A stretch of 64,000 nt of DNA from Antedon mediterranea (lineage: Eukaryota; Animalia; Echinodermata), in the NCBI RefSeq assembly GCF_964355755.1, contig NC_092671.1:35722304-35786303 (forward strand), given 5' to 3'. Position numbers and translations under genes: made by a program. The stretch's first letter is position 1, and the number at the start of each line of letters is the position of its first letter. Below are positions 37,601 through 57,556 of the stretch, in pieces. The notes under the pieces were generated by a model, which was not told where the DNA came from, made no database searches, and saw only the letters and a list, made by a program, of their open reading frames with translations.

Positions 37601-40600
37601 AACACCATCACTCGTAATTGAAGGTAGACCTACTTGTTTACCCTATCAACTCTTTACCTTTATTTCAGAGGTTTTTGAGGGCGCTGTTGAACGCTGCAAA
37701 GATATGTTCAGAAACACGGAAAGAAAATGCTATGACAAACTAAAATTTCCAGGCGTTAAACACGTGCTATGTCTTCCATTAAAATTGAATTTTGTTTGTA
37801 GCATAATCAGAGGTAAGCAGAGGAGTTGAAACCCAACACGGTGTCCTCTTAAAGGTCTGTCTACACTATCAAACTGTATGTGACACAAATATGTGATGTG
37901 CCCATATATATATATGGACATGATGATGTCATATCGCTACCATATTTGGATATATCACTACCATATTTGGGCACGTATCAACCCTTTTTTTGTCAAACTA
38001 GATTGATAGTGTAGACAGAGCTATACAAAGCGTCCCTTAAATAAGAATTGGCCGTGTGTTGAAAAATACTCGTTCTTTTTACGGGAAAGCGTCTCCTTAA
38101 TAGAGAGGTGTACCTTGAATAGGGGGTATACCAGAGGAGAGGTTCTGAATTTTCTTCTTTTTTTCTGTTTTTACGTTTGTTGATATGGATGAAATTAAAG
38201 AAATTGAAATTGAATGTAATAATTATATGTGTATCAATTACCACTACCTTTCCATAGTGGTGTGAAAGTTGTTCACAAATATTTTCTTTCTAAGCGTACA
38301 AGTCAAGTACATGTAGAAGTTTCAATCCGAACATAGATCCGCAGTTAGGAAACACGTATGTTAAGATGGAGAGATTAGTTGATTCTTTTGACAGTAAATA
38401 TCACATCGAAACTCAGTGGCAGGTAATAGTTTGTTTTGATTTTTTACGTTTTTCCAATAATAATGATTGTAAGCAAAATGATAATGTTGATATTTGGTCT
38501 GATCATGGAGGTATAATGGTCTTATAAAAAGAACGTAGAGAAAAGACATAGAACATTCGGTAAAATGCAATACTGTATTGAAGGATGAGACGGAGATACT
38601 GCAGAAAAAATAGAGAAGAGTGAATATTTCAAGAACTAGTAGAAGAGTTACAAAAACTACGGTGAAGCAAATTGATGTGGAGAGTTTTTTGCTCGAGTGA
38701 GTGGCCGAGCGGTTTAGACAATGGGACCGTATTTACGTAGGGTTCGAGGCTCACTCGTTTTATGGTTCTGGTGGTAGAACAAATCTTCTCGGATAAGGAC
38801 TATAAACCGTTAGGTCCAGTGTACACATCTAGTTCATGTGCACTTTAAAGGACCTAGTACATCTTTCGAGACGAGTAGGGGGTTACCCGGCGTATTTAGT
38901 ACACATCCACTGATAATATCTGGGCCCTCTTGGAGACCAGTATAAATAAAATATTTCGGCTTCTTGATATCGACCAGGATTATCTTAAAAGTTCGGTACG
39001 ATGAGAGGTAGATGGATCATTTTTTACTATCTATTTGATATAGTGAATTACAACATCCAAATGTACTAACTCAAACAGATCCTCTTTTCAGATGATTACA
39101 TTTCCGTTAGACATGGATAAAAATTCGGCAAAAAATATCCAGAAAGCTGTGCTCGAGGAATTCAACAGGAAAAAAATGATTTTCATCACTTTCTTTTTCA
39201 TCGCACAGGTCATGTTATCATTTACTTTCGTATTAGTTTTTGTGTCGTAAGTAATAACTAAATTTATTTTTGTATAACGATGTTGCTATCAATGTAGGCC
39301 CTTCTGCACATATGTATTATTACGTATTGTATTAATTTTTACTAGAAGCACAACTAGACATAACTATAGACTGATTAACATAATGTTTTAAGCGAATATA
39401 GCTAATCTCTATTGATGACTGACGTTACCTTATTCCAGTATATGTTACTGTTGTGTTTTCTATTTTCTAATATATTTTTACTGTTCCTGGTAACGGTACC
39501 ACAGAGCATTTAAGTACAATAAACTGTTCTTGTCAGACTTCACATTTGACAACAACTACCTTACTTCATACTTTAGACGGATAGATGAAAGGCGAAGAAA
39601 AAAGGTACACAAAAACAATATATACATAATACGCACTTTCTTCACATAATTAATAATTGGAGACTATATTTCATTCCATTCCATAATTTTATGACGTTTA
39701 ACCTGGTTCTTTTTGGACAATTTCCCTGCATTTAAATTCTTGTCGATTAGGCCTATTTAGTAAATAAAAAATGGTTTACGCTGCACACCTTTTTTTTAAA
39801 GAAAAAGAGAACACTATTACCGCTCATGAAAGCAGAGAAGAAAGAATACATAGAACCGTTCCACTTCAAAATGAGGAAAGAAGAAAAATCTAAATGTGTG
39901 AGTGTAAATACTAAATATGTGTGAGTGTAAAGTCATGGATGATGACTTCAGTGACAATGATAATACTAATAATGACTTAAGCGGTAATTGTGATTTATTA
40001 TTAGCCATCATAATTTTATATATCGAGATTTATAAAGGACTTCTTTTTTTAAATTAAAAGATAAAAACTGTACTTCGACTTGGTGCTCAAGTTCTGGCAA
40101 CCATTGCCATCGTTTGCTTCGACAGTCTTCTTTATGAAATGCTGGATATTATTCGAAGACATAGTAGACTTGAAGTCAAATTGAAAGGTAATACGCATGT
40201 CATAAATATGTTTTGTAATAATGTTTCTCTAAGACAACTGCCTCATTTCGGTTTTATCCATAATGACATTTGAGGCTGCCCAGCATAAAATGCACACTTT
40301 TCTATCTCTGATAGTAGCGAATGAAATCGTATGTACTGATGGAAATTGAAGAGTATGCCTCACACTTGCTTCAATTGTGGGTTTGCATGCAAAGAATATA
40401 TAGTTTAAAAAAATGACCAGGGTAATAATGTGCTATGTAAAACGCATTTGAGCATTACTCATGAAAAGGGCGCTTGGTAATATTATATTATTATTAATAT
40501 CGTATGTCAACCTATCAAATATTAATGTATGTAAAGGTGCTTTATGATGTCAGTTTAGACAATTAATATGCTTACAATTTTTGATTTTCAGGTCATCATC

Positions 40601-42836
40601 AAGTTAGTTTGAAAGTTCTTGGCAATGGTTTAGTGGCAAATTTATTTAAAAATCTGATTGGAAGCTTTGATCAGTCTCAAAGTGTAGACACTATTTCCAG
40701 CAATAGTAGTAAGTTTCGTTTATTATGCATCTGTATTTTTTTCTTAAATGTTTACAAACTCGTTAGCCAATCATACTGCACAAAATATATCACTTGATAC
40801 TTTTTTTTACAGATTGTTTGCCAATTCCTACAAAGACACCAAAAAACATTATTCATAATATATTCCTGATTTGGCTGTGTGTGTTTTTGTTGGTTTACTT
40901 CGAGGCGTTTAGTCTGAGGTTGAGACGTACAATATGTGCATTTTTTCATCGGAAGGTAAACCGTAATATTAGTTTATTTGTGTTTGTTCCATCCCTCTGT
41001 GGTGTGGTAATATCAAGTCTTGATATTGTATCCACTAGAAATTTTAATCAAACTAATTGCAAGAAAAGGTTTTTTTGATATGCAATGTTCTTTGGGCCCT
41101 ACTGAACACATTTATCAACGTTAGGACTTATTTTCACTTTGATAAAAAAACTGTGTCCAAACATGAATGGAAATGCTATTTCTAACATTATTGACTTTGA
41201 TTTATGATATCTCAGCAACCACTAATCGGAGAGATACAAGTTAAGGCTCAAATTGTTCAGAAACTACATATTTATATCCAGTCTAATGGCATGTTTTACA
41301 AAAAATGGCGGATTTAAAGGTCTAAAGATGACATTTCATCAACAAATTTTCTTGCAATTTGTGTCCAAAAAATATTCAGTTTTATCAGTACGTACAGTAT
41401 GCATATAAATTCATCTGTTGCTAGCGTAGTTTTGATGCTGTGTTGTCAATGCCTAACATGTAATGTTTTGCTTTGTCTTTTTGACTAGCGAGAGAAAAAA
41501 CGTGTTTTGTTTATGTACAACGATTTATTAAAGAAAAGAAAGGGGTTTTTAAAGTTCATGCGTAAACGAGTTAAGAGACAAGCAAAAGAAGATAAATTAT
41601 CGGTATGTTGCTCATATTCGTTGTGAAATGAATTCAACTGTCTCTATTTGATTGTATATTTAAAAAATATAAATTTTGTAACTACATAGTTTCATTGTTT
41701 GTTGTTTGAACTGGCTAAAATAATTATGATAAACAATTAATGTGTGACCTACTGACCTAATGTACACATAAAACCTTAAGTAAGGGTGTGTGGCGCAGTG
41801 TGTTGGACGCTGGATTACCGATCGTGAGGTCGTGATTCGAATCCAGCTTTCGTCGCATTGGTTGTATCCTTAGGCAAGGCAATTTACTTACATTTGCCTA
41901 TCCCCACCCACGTGTATAAAATGGGTACCCGGTTTGATCATTATGGGAGTAGGCCTATGTTTCCATGTGTTTGATCCAAAACATGACCATGGTAATAATG
42001 TGCTATGTAAAATGCCTTTGAGCATTACTCATGAAAAGGGCGCTTGGTATTATTATATTATTATTAATATCGTATGTCAACCTATCAAATATTAATATAC
42101 CGTAATGTATATACAGAGGGAAACTGGTATTCTAACAATCCTTCGTCGGCGTTTCAAGTGGATCGGAGTTTGTTTAAAGAAGTTAAACCTTGGCCGTCAA
42201 TCATGCCTGATATGTGGTGAACTGGAGAGAAAGGGATTCTACCACTGCACTGGCAAAGATTGCTATTTCTCTTATTGCAAAGACTGCTGGAGAGACGTCA
42301 ATGTAATCATTTTGTTATTTCTTTATTCACTTATGATTTAAATTGTAAACAAATCATAAACACGTGTCTGTAGGCCTACTTCTATGTAATTAAATTGTTC
42401 GTACAAGTTTGTATCTTTACCCGCTTGGACATTGTAAGACCACACCAGGGAGTTGTTACACATTGGACTAAAAGTATTCGGTATTAGGCTCGGTTCGTTT
42501 CTGTTCCGAAAGTTTTAATGAAGGAAATCTTACATTAAAGTTGTTATTCTCATTCAGTTATTAACTACATTATTTTAAAATGTATTTGATTGATTGATTA
42601 AAATACATAATTTTTATTACACCAGTTTTATTACATCACTCAATTTGGTTAAGGACGACTTCTTTTTAAATTATGCATTAAGGAATAAAAATTGGATCCA
42701 TACTCTTCGACTTCTCCCATTAATAATTATATTACTTTTAATAATTTTTCCTTCACAGAAACGTTGTTATGCATGCTATACTGGAAAAGAATCTGACAGT
42801 GAGAGCTCTTTGACGGATATGGACGACTTCTTTTGA
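34684..42836 (+). CDS. DCST1: DC-STAMP domain protein with C-terminal RING (DCST1/sneaky-like)
   Basis: Exons from 34684 (MKCLTKF), 36168 (FFRSKDNEYQIIKGLFGLILGAGVG), 36460 (SARCILVLIFPNFFGKNGR), 36824 (GPASNIIANAEESARAISC), 37382, 37670 (CLPLKLNFVC), 38295, 39092, 39505 (FDNNYLTSYFRRIDERR), 39801, 40061, 40592, 40813 (LRLRRTICAFF), 41489 (REKKRVLFMYN), 42117 (CLIC..HC..C..YC..CW) and 42759 (CYAC..DDFF*). The family call is firm; DCST1 over DCST2 rests on N-terminal resemblance. Confidence 0.82.
35010..36086. mobile_element. Non-autonomous TIR DNA transposon (hAT-like CAGG ends) in DCST1 intron 1
   Basis: 16-bp TIRs CAGGCCCGTAGCCAGG / CCTGGCTACGGCCCTG (15/16 match), subterminal CGAACCCCC repeats, TGTAG duplicated on both flanks. 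Confidence 0.85.
36971..37172. mobile_element. MITE with (GCAAC)n subterminal repeats
   Basis: TTCCCACTAG..AACGCAAC at the left is inverted to GTTGCGTT..CTAGTGGGAA at the right. Confidence 0.7.
37850..38025. mobile_element. MITE family A copy (PIF/Harbinger-like)
   Basis: TIR TCTGTCTACACTATCAA / TTGATAGTGTAGACAGA plus the family core. Confidence 0.8.
38692..38935 (+). mobile_element. tRNA-headed Deu/Nin-domain SINE
   Basis: A-box TGGCCGAGCGG, B-box GGTTCGAG, core TCGGATAAGGACTATAAACCG..CACTTTAAAG..TTTCGA..GAGTAGGGG. Confidence 0.82.
41783..42065 (+). mobile_element. tRNA-derived SINE, CORE-like body, L2-like tail
   Basis: A-box TGGCGCAGTG, B-box ATTCGAATCC, TCCTTAGGCAAGGCA..CCACCCACGTGTATAAAATGGGTACC, tail ending in (TAT)n. 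Confidence 0.78.
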
Positions 42837-43457
42837 AATTATGCATTAAGGAATAACTGAGCCCATACTCTCTTCAATTTAACTTGTACAGAGGCTTCTC
42901 TTGAAAAGAACGCGGGTTATGTAGATCTCAAGAATACAGTGGGAGGGGGGGGGGTGGGGCTAGGTAGGGGAAGGGATTTTGGGTTGCTGATAATGTGGTC
43001 ATTGGGCGATCATCTACGTCCATACCAAACCGATTCCATTATGGGTTTCTGGCTATATTACGTTATTTATTAAATGTTATATTTAAATTAATTGTCTTCA
43101 CATTCTTCAAATATAAATTCATTTATTCAGGGCCAGGCCTATTGCCTGACTTTATTAACTTTAAGGAAATAGAGTCATTGAAAGACATTTTAGGTACTGG
43201 TAAAATGAACTTTACTAGTGTTCATTAGCCATGCAAACCGTTCTACAAATAAGTTAAGATAAACTGTGTATGACAATTTTTTGTTGAAAGAGAAGTTATT
43301 GCGACACTAATCGCAACAATTGGTTATGTGCCTACAACGCTCATCTGGGGCAGATCAACGAACACGATACTCTATCATTATGTCAACTTTCCGATGAATT
43401 AGGCCTGGACTTACTATTTACATGACTGAATTTTACATTTGAACAGCGTTGTCGACT

Positions 43458-47643
<4,186 letters not shown>

Positions 47644-48466
47644 GCAAATCCTATTAAAGTAATTAATGCAGAACAAATACAATTATCAATTATGGTAGGA
47701 ATTAAGGTAAAATAAATTTGAAAACTGAAATATATAGATTTGTTGTTTGTATATCCTTTTTCTTAAAAGAAATATTTATTTTACACCATTGTGTATACAT
47801 TTTGTTTTTAAAATCAGTTTAATTTAAAAAAATAAAATAATAATACAGTAATATAATTTTATAAATGCAATGATGTTTATGTATCGTTAGTGTATAAGGC
47901 CTTAGTAAATGCTGTAGTACAACATATTTGTTTCAGTAATATAAATAAATCAACATACACTTCAATGTTTGATTAATTTCTATTTGACCTTTGTAAAGTT
48001 AACCGATGTTTGATTGTTGTTTATCTGATATAAATCAGTACAGTAATAGTAGTAATATACACACAAGAGACACGAGTTAGTTATTCATTAAAAACATTCA
48101 AAAGGAACATTTTAGGTTACTTCGGTTTTTATTTGGGATAATCTTAGATATATCCATGCCTATCGTTTACTTTTTTTCCCACGGGTGTGCCGAGTTCAAC
48201 AATTTAACACAGAAAGGGGGTAAACATGACCAATGAAATTGTAATTATAAGTTAATGGCACACGACGGGAAACAGATGGCTTAGCATATCCGCTAGCCTT
48301 GAGCGCATTTGTAAAAAACTTGCTGTCTTTATACAATATTATATACTGCAGTATGTCAAAGTAATAAGGATTAACAAGCGGAATTCGGTATGCATTTGGT
48401 TTTGTTCCCAGAAACCAGGTGCGCAATATTGGTGCATGTTTACATAATCACTAGTACGTCACTGTT

Positions 48467-52108
<3,642 letters not shown>

Positions 52109-53165
52109 ATAAGTAAAGATTATGGATTTTCACCGCGTACATGGTGTGTGTGTGTGTGTGTGAAACATGATCTAAATTCAAAGTTAAATTAGTTGAATAA
52201 TGCTTTTTCAGTAATAATACCTTTTTCAAATCAAATTCTGCAGTTATTCCCATTGTTGTTTTAACAATAAACGTTAAAAGTTACTGTTGTCTCGTCTCTA
52301 ACAAGTAAACGTTTTAAACTCTTAGTTTGTTTGGAAAAGTTCGTTTTACATACCACACGAGTCTATACTGAATTTACAAACAGTATAAAACTGATTTTAC
52401 AGAGATATTTCTTTTCTAATTTCCTTTTTTCCATTTCTTATTTTCCTTTTTTTCAATGTATTCTTTTCTCCATTTTTATTTTGTCTTTTCTTTTGTTTTT
52501 TTTTTTTCCTTTTTAAAATGAATTTTTGTCTTATTTCCTCTTTTCTTTCTTTTTTCTACTCTTTTACCTTCCTTTTTTCTATATTAAATAAGTCAATAAT
52601 TAATGTATTTCCAGTGATTGGAAAATAAAGACATTTTATATTATACTGTATTGTGTACAATTATCTATTTCGTTGCAACTGCGTTGTCGGATACAATGCT
52701 GTTCTCAACCAGTTGGTCTGAAATTGTACCAAAACGCGATTTGAAGGAACACGAACTTAAAGTTAAAGTCGTTCAGATAGGACATAAAAAAAATATATGT
52801 CAATATATAAAATATATAACAATAAGAAAAGCTACTAATGTGCAATGCGGTTTAACTAAATTGCCGTTTTAAATGCGCCATCAAAGAATCAAATTTAAAG
52901 ACCAAAATAATATTGTTATGATTACATTAAAAAATGTATTTACTATTTTATGCGGTTATTTAATACAGTTGCTATAGCCAGAATTTGGCAAGTTTGTAAA
53001 AATATAACTCGGTGACTTACTACCTACATATAAGTTGGTATGCGCAAGTCATGTCTGATAATAATTATTAAGCGGACTTGTGCATGAGGGTTATACGGTC
53101 GGTATTGTTGCACGGTCGGTATTGTTGCTTAGATAAACACTTATAGTCATAGATTAGTTTGAGTA

Positions 53166-56100
53166 ATGGCGGATAGAAGTAAACGTGTGTTGTATTGTCT
53201 GCTTCTTGTCTGCGTGTCCCGATGTATAGCAGACAATAAGCCCCAGCCGGTAGTTGAAGCTAAATTTGGTAAAGTGTTTGGTAAATCAGTTACCCTCGAT
53301 GTCAACGACGATTATTTCCCGGAAGCGAAAACTGTAGATGTATACCAAAGTATCCCTTACGCCGAAGCACCGGTTGGTTCACTTCGCTTCAAGCCTCCGG
53401 TAGCAAAAACGTGGGATAAGGATGCATTGTTTAATGCTACTGGTCCACAGACGGCTTGTGTTCAAGACTTCACTCCACTTCTACCAATTCTGGAAGAACA
53501 GAGCGAAGATTGCCTTCATTTAGATGTGTATACACCAAACCCCAAGGTAGGCCTAAGACAAGTTGATGATTCATTCGATATCGATACCAGGGTTATAAGA
53601 TTATAGTTCATAGGCAAAGAACACATTATGGTGTCACTAAATGAAGCAATGCAACATGACGAAAAGGTGGATATACCGACGAATCCATACACTGACGTAC
53701 ATAATTCCTTCATTCACATTTCGGTCGTGCTTTGTTTCGGTACCTGGACGTATCTATATACACATGGATAAGCTTATCAACCATGACGTCACGATTATTT
53801 ACTTTACAATATTGACAGTGGTTACTGTGGTTGATGAATGCCTTTATATAGTTGATCGAATTGGTTATCATAAACTCAGAGATAACACTATTATGCTCAT
53901 AAGATTATTAATATACGGTAATGTAAATGGTAGTTTCCACATTGAAAAAAAAGACATGGATTTATGTAACCATGTTAACTCAATCCAAACCCTATTTCAA
54001 GTAACATTGTATATCTTGCATTTCACATTATATTCAAATTTATTGAGCAATATATATTTACATTGTTATATACAATATTGCAGAGATATTTTTATTTTCT
54101 GTAGTTTTAAGACCTTTTTAAAAAAAATATCACAGAAAATCATAAACTAAAAATCAATATTTCATTACATTGATATATTATTATGCTTGACAAGTTATTT
54201 AATGATCTTGCCTCGTGGACCTTTTTTTTAATTTTATATTTGTATGGGCTACCTCTCACAAGCTTTGCTCTCTTGTTTTGGATGTTGCCCATCTTCGTTA
54301 ATGTAATTTATTATTATGAACTTAGAAGAGAAATCTCAATTTACATTTTACTTTTATATCAGAATTGTTTATAACAAACATGGTAGGTATATTTACTTAA
54401 TAACATTCTGTAGGCCTACTATAATTAGTCGACAGTTTTATATATTACTTATTTTAGCCGGAAAATGTTCCTGTGATGGTGTTCATACACGGTGGAGGGT
54501 TCGTAATGGGCATCAGAACAACCAGCAACATGTCTCAAGTACCGATGGTAGCTCTCGGGAACGTCGTCGCTGTCAACATCAATTACCGCCTAAACGTCTT
54601 TGGCTTTTTCTTCACAGGCATGTATAGTTGAGGCCTATTAGCTCTCTATCAACGATCATGGTAACCATAAGTCTAAACGATCAATATTACTGCATAAAAA
54701 AATAGCTTTCTTTCAAAGTGGTAAACAAAATGCTAGCCATAAGTAACAGTGAGTTTGATATCTAAGCTATTTTTTAAATCTAAAACAGGTGACGATGTTG
54801 TGTCCGGAAACATGGGGTTGAAAGACCAAACATTAGCCCTCCAATGGATTCATGACAATATAGCTGGTGAGACAAATGTATTGTATTTTTGTTCTGTTAC
54901 AAATTTGTATTATGAATTTCACTTGATTAGAGTAGTTTACCGTCAAAGTTTTTATCACAGGCGTGTGTCAATTTACTCCGTTATAAAACAAAGAAAAATC
55001 GTTTTTGTCAATGACGGCCACGTGTCTCTAGTAAGAGACGGCTTATTGTTTTAAATACATGTTATAAATATTGGTTGATTTAATTTCAGAATTCGGAGGT
55101 AACCCAGATATGGTTACGATCTATGGTGAAAGTGCTGGTTCAATTTCAGTAACAAACCATGTCGTATCGCCTATGAGTAAAGGATTATTTCATCGTGCTA
55201 TTATGCAGGTTTGTGTGCAAGACAAACATTGTACTTGGTGAATTGATCCTATTGCAGCTCAAAACAAAGCTATACTGGGATAATTGAATTAATACAAAGT
55301 AGCATACACTTTCATAAGCAAATCTGTAAAACTGTAATTGGTCTTTAGATTGACCACAAACAACCTTTGTTGAACATTCATCAAATTAAAATTGTTGAAT
55401 ATATTTGATATTCTTAGAGTGGAACGGTTGTGCAAAGTTTACAAATGGGACCAGATTCAAAGCCGATAGAAAGATCAAGAGCTTTTGCATTTGGTCGAAC
55501 TTTGGGATGTGACCAGACAAACACCAACGAACTCGTGGAATGTCTTCAAGCCATAGATAGTCAAACTCTTTTAGCGAATTATTCTGTAAATGTGAGTACA
55601 GCGTTAACATAATAATGCAATCGATTTGATTGATCATGACATCTTCAACTAAGGTGAACATTGTTTTCAATCTTATATATTCGTAGTATAAATAATAATA
55701 TGTCAAAATCTTGTTATATTATATATTACCAGACAGCTGTAGAGAATGAAGAGGATCCTTTAACGCTTACATTTGTTCCGAACTCTGATGGAGAATTTCT
55801 GCCAGATGATCCGAATAAGCTTTATGATGACCCGAACGCAATAAATGACGTTGACATCATGTTGGGAACTCTTTCCGATGAGGGAACATTTATGGTAAAA
55901 ATGGTAATGGTTGGAGAAGTAGTAACCAATCGTACATTTTATGACGACTATGTAACTGGAATGAGTGCCATGATATTTCAGGCTGAGTCAGAGTTGGAAA
56001 AAGATCTTTTAAAGTATGTGTATCTTTCTGATGAACTACTAGCTAATCGAGATTCAGATCATTACTATAGTCTTAGTCAAATGGTAGGTGACTTCATATT

Positions 56101-56995
56101 TGTCTGTCCAACAGAAAAGACCGCGAACCAGTTGGTTAGAGCGGGAAAAGAGAATGTCTATCTTTACAAAATGACACATGTGCCTTCTCGATCAATCTGG
56201 GGATTGTCTGGTATAAACGATGTTGGAGCTGCACATGGCGAGGACATGTCGTTTGTATTTGGTATGCATTACAATGAAGGAAACGGTTGGTTATACGGAA
56301 AATTACCTGCTGAAGAAGTCCGCCTTACTAATGCAATGATGACTTACTGGTCAAATTTTGCCAAGACAGGGTACGTTATTATTGTCCGGTTATTCATGCT
56401 TTAATATTAAATGAAAAGGGTTTTCATTTTTTGCCAATTTTTTAAAATTACAAATTAAGATAGGCCTACAAGTCTTTAAGTTTCGTCTCTGCTTAAATGT
56501 ATTATTTATAGTGTATTAACTTATACTTATAACTCTTGTATATATCTTTGGCTGTCTTTATGTTACAGTGTTTTTAACTATTCTCATTTTTTATCAGAGA
56601 CCCTAATAACTCTGGTGGTGGGAGTAACTTAGTTTTGGCTTATCCAAAGTGGCCAAAATTTACACTTGCTGAGCATAATTACAAAGATATTTCAACAACC
56701 ATGCAAAACAGTAATGTATTGAACTTCAAGCGGTGTACATTTATTAATGATATTATACCAAAGGCGAGGGAAGTGCAAGGTTAGAATTTAAATTAATTTC
56801 ATAATTTCTATTTAAGGGTTCTTTTTGTTTTGTTATGCATGGTATGAAATGCTATATCAACATACTGTACTATTCATTTTGATTCTGAGAATATTTTTAT
56901 CTCAAACTTTAGATACATTGAAGAGGTTTGAGAAAGAAGAACATGAGAAAATATACTCTTGTCAATCTGGCTCTTGTGAAGAGAAAAAGCCATAA
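53166..56995 (+). CDS. Secreted carboxylesterase, copy 3
   Basis: Same eight-exon layout; [17 protein letters not shown]; intron 2 needs a GC donor; ends [13 protein letters not shown]. Confidence 0.88.
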
Positions 56996-57556
56996 ATAAA
57001 GTCAAATGTTATAGAGTTTATATTACTCCTGCAGCGATGTTCTTTGTGTAGAATGAATAGTTCATAATTATTTCAAAGTATTTTTCAAATATATATATAT
57101 TTATATATATATTAAGTGGAATAAAAAAAAACCTGAAAATCGGTGTAGGGCAGTAATAATAGGTCCAGTATGTGTAAGCTATAGATTTTGGCCTTGTTCC
57201 CACCACCACAGTGTTACTTGTGCTAACTAAATTAGGCGTATTGGGTACGTAAACAATTGAGTGTAATGAAAATATTAAAAATGTAAACAAAATATGTTTA
57301 ATTGTTAATGAATTAATTGCGTCTTTGTGTTATGTTTTTGTGCATACTTTTAAAAATCTACCACATACAATACCTAACGCGTACATGTTTAGTATGTCAG
57401 CTTTTCACTCTATAGGTACTAATTTTGTTCAGCATTCGGACTGTGATTGTCCGATGATTGGAATGTGCAAGTCATTTATTCATATATGTCCAGTGTCTTA
57501 TCTGATACTTTAGATATGTAGACCTACACAATGTTAATAACGCCATTCAGTTTGAA

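Noticed and set aside
37905-37970. C/D-box snoRNA suggested by ATGATGA
   Set aside because: The motif is part of the multi-copy MITE core and has no paired terminal CTGA and stem.
41783-41850. tRNA gene (also considered for 38692-38750)
   Set aside because: A/B boxes are present but there is no acceptor stem or cloverleaf, and the sequence continues into multi-copy SINE bodies.
52400-52580. Long pyrimidine tract and its hydrophobic ORF (52331-52516)
   Set aside because: Low-complexity T/C sequence explains the Phe-rich translation.
53641-54150. 169-aa ORF as a separate gene
   Set aside because: Lies in intron 1 of esterase 3, has AT-driven composition, no motif and no counterpart in the paralogues.
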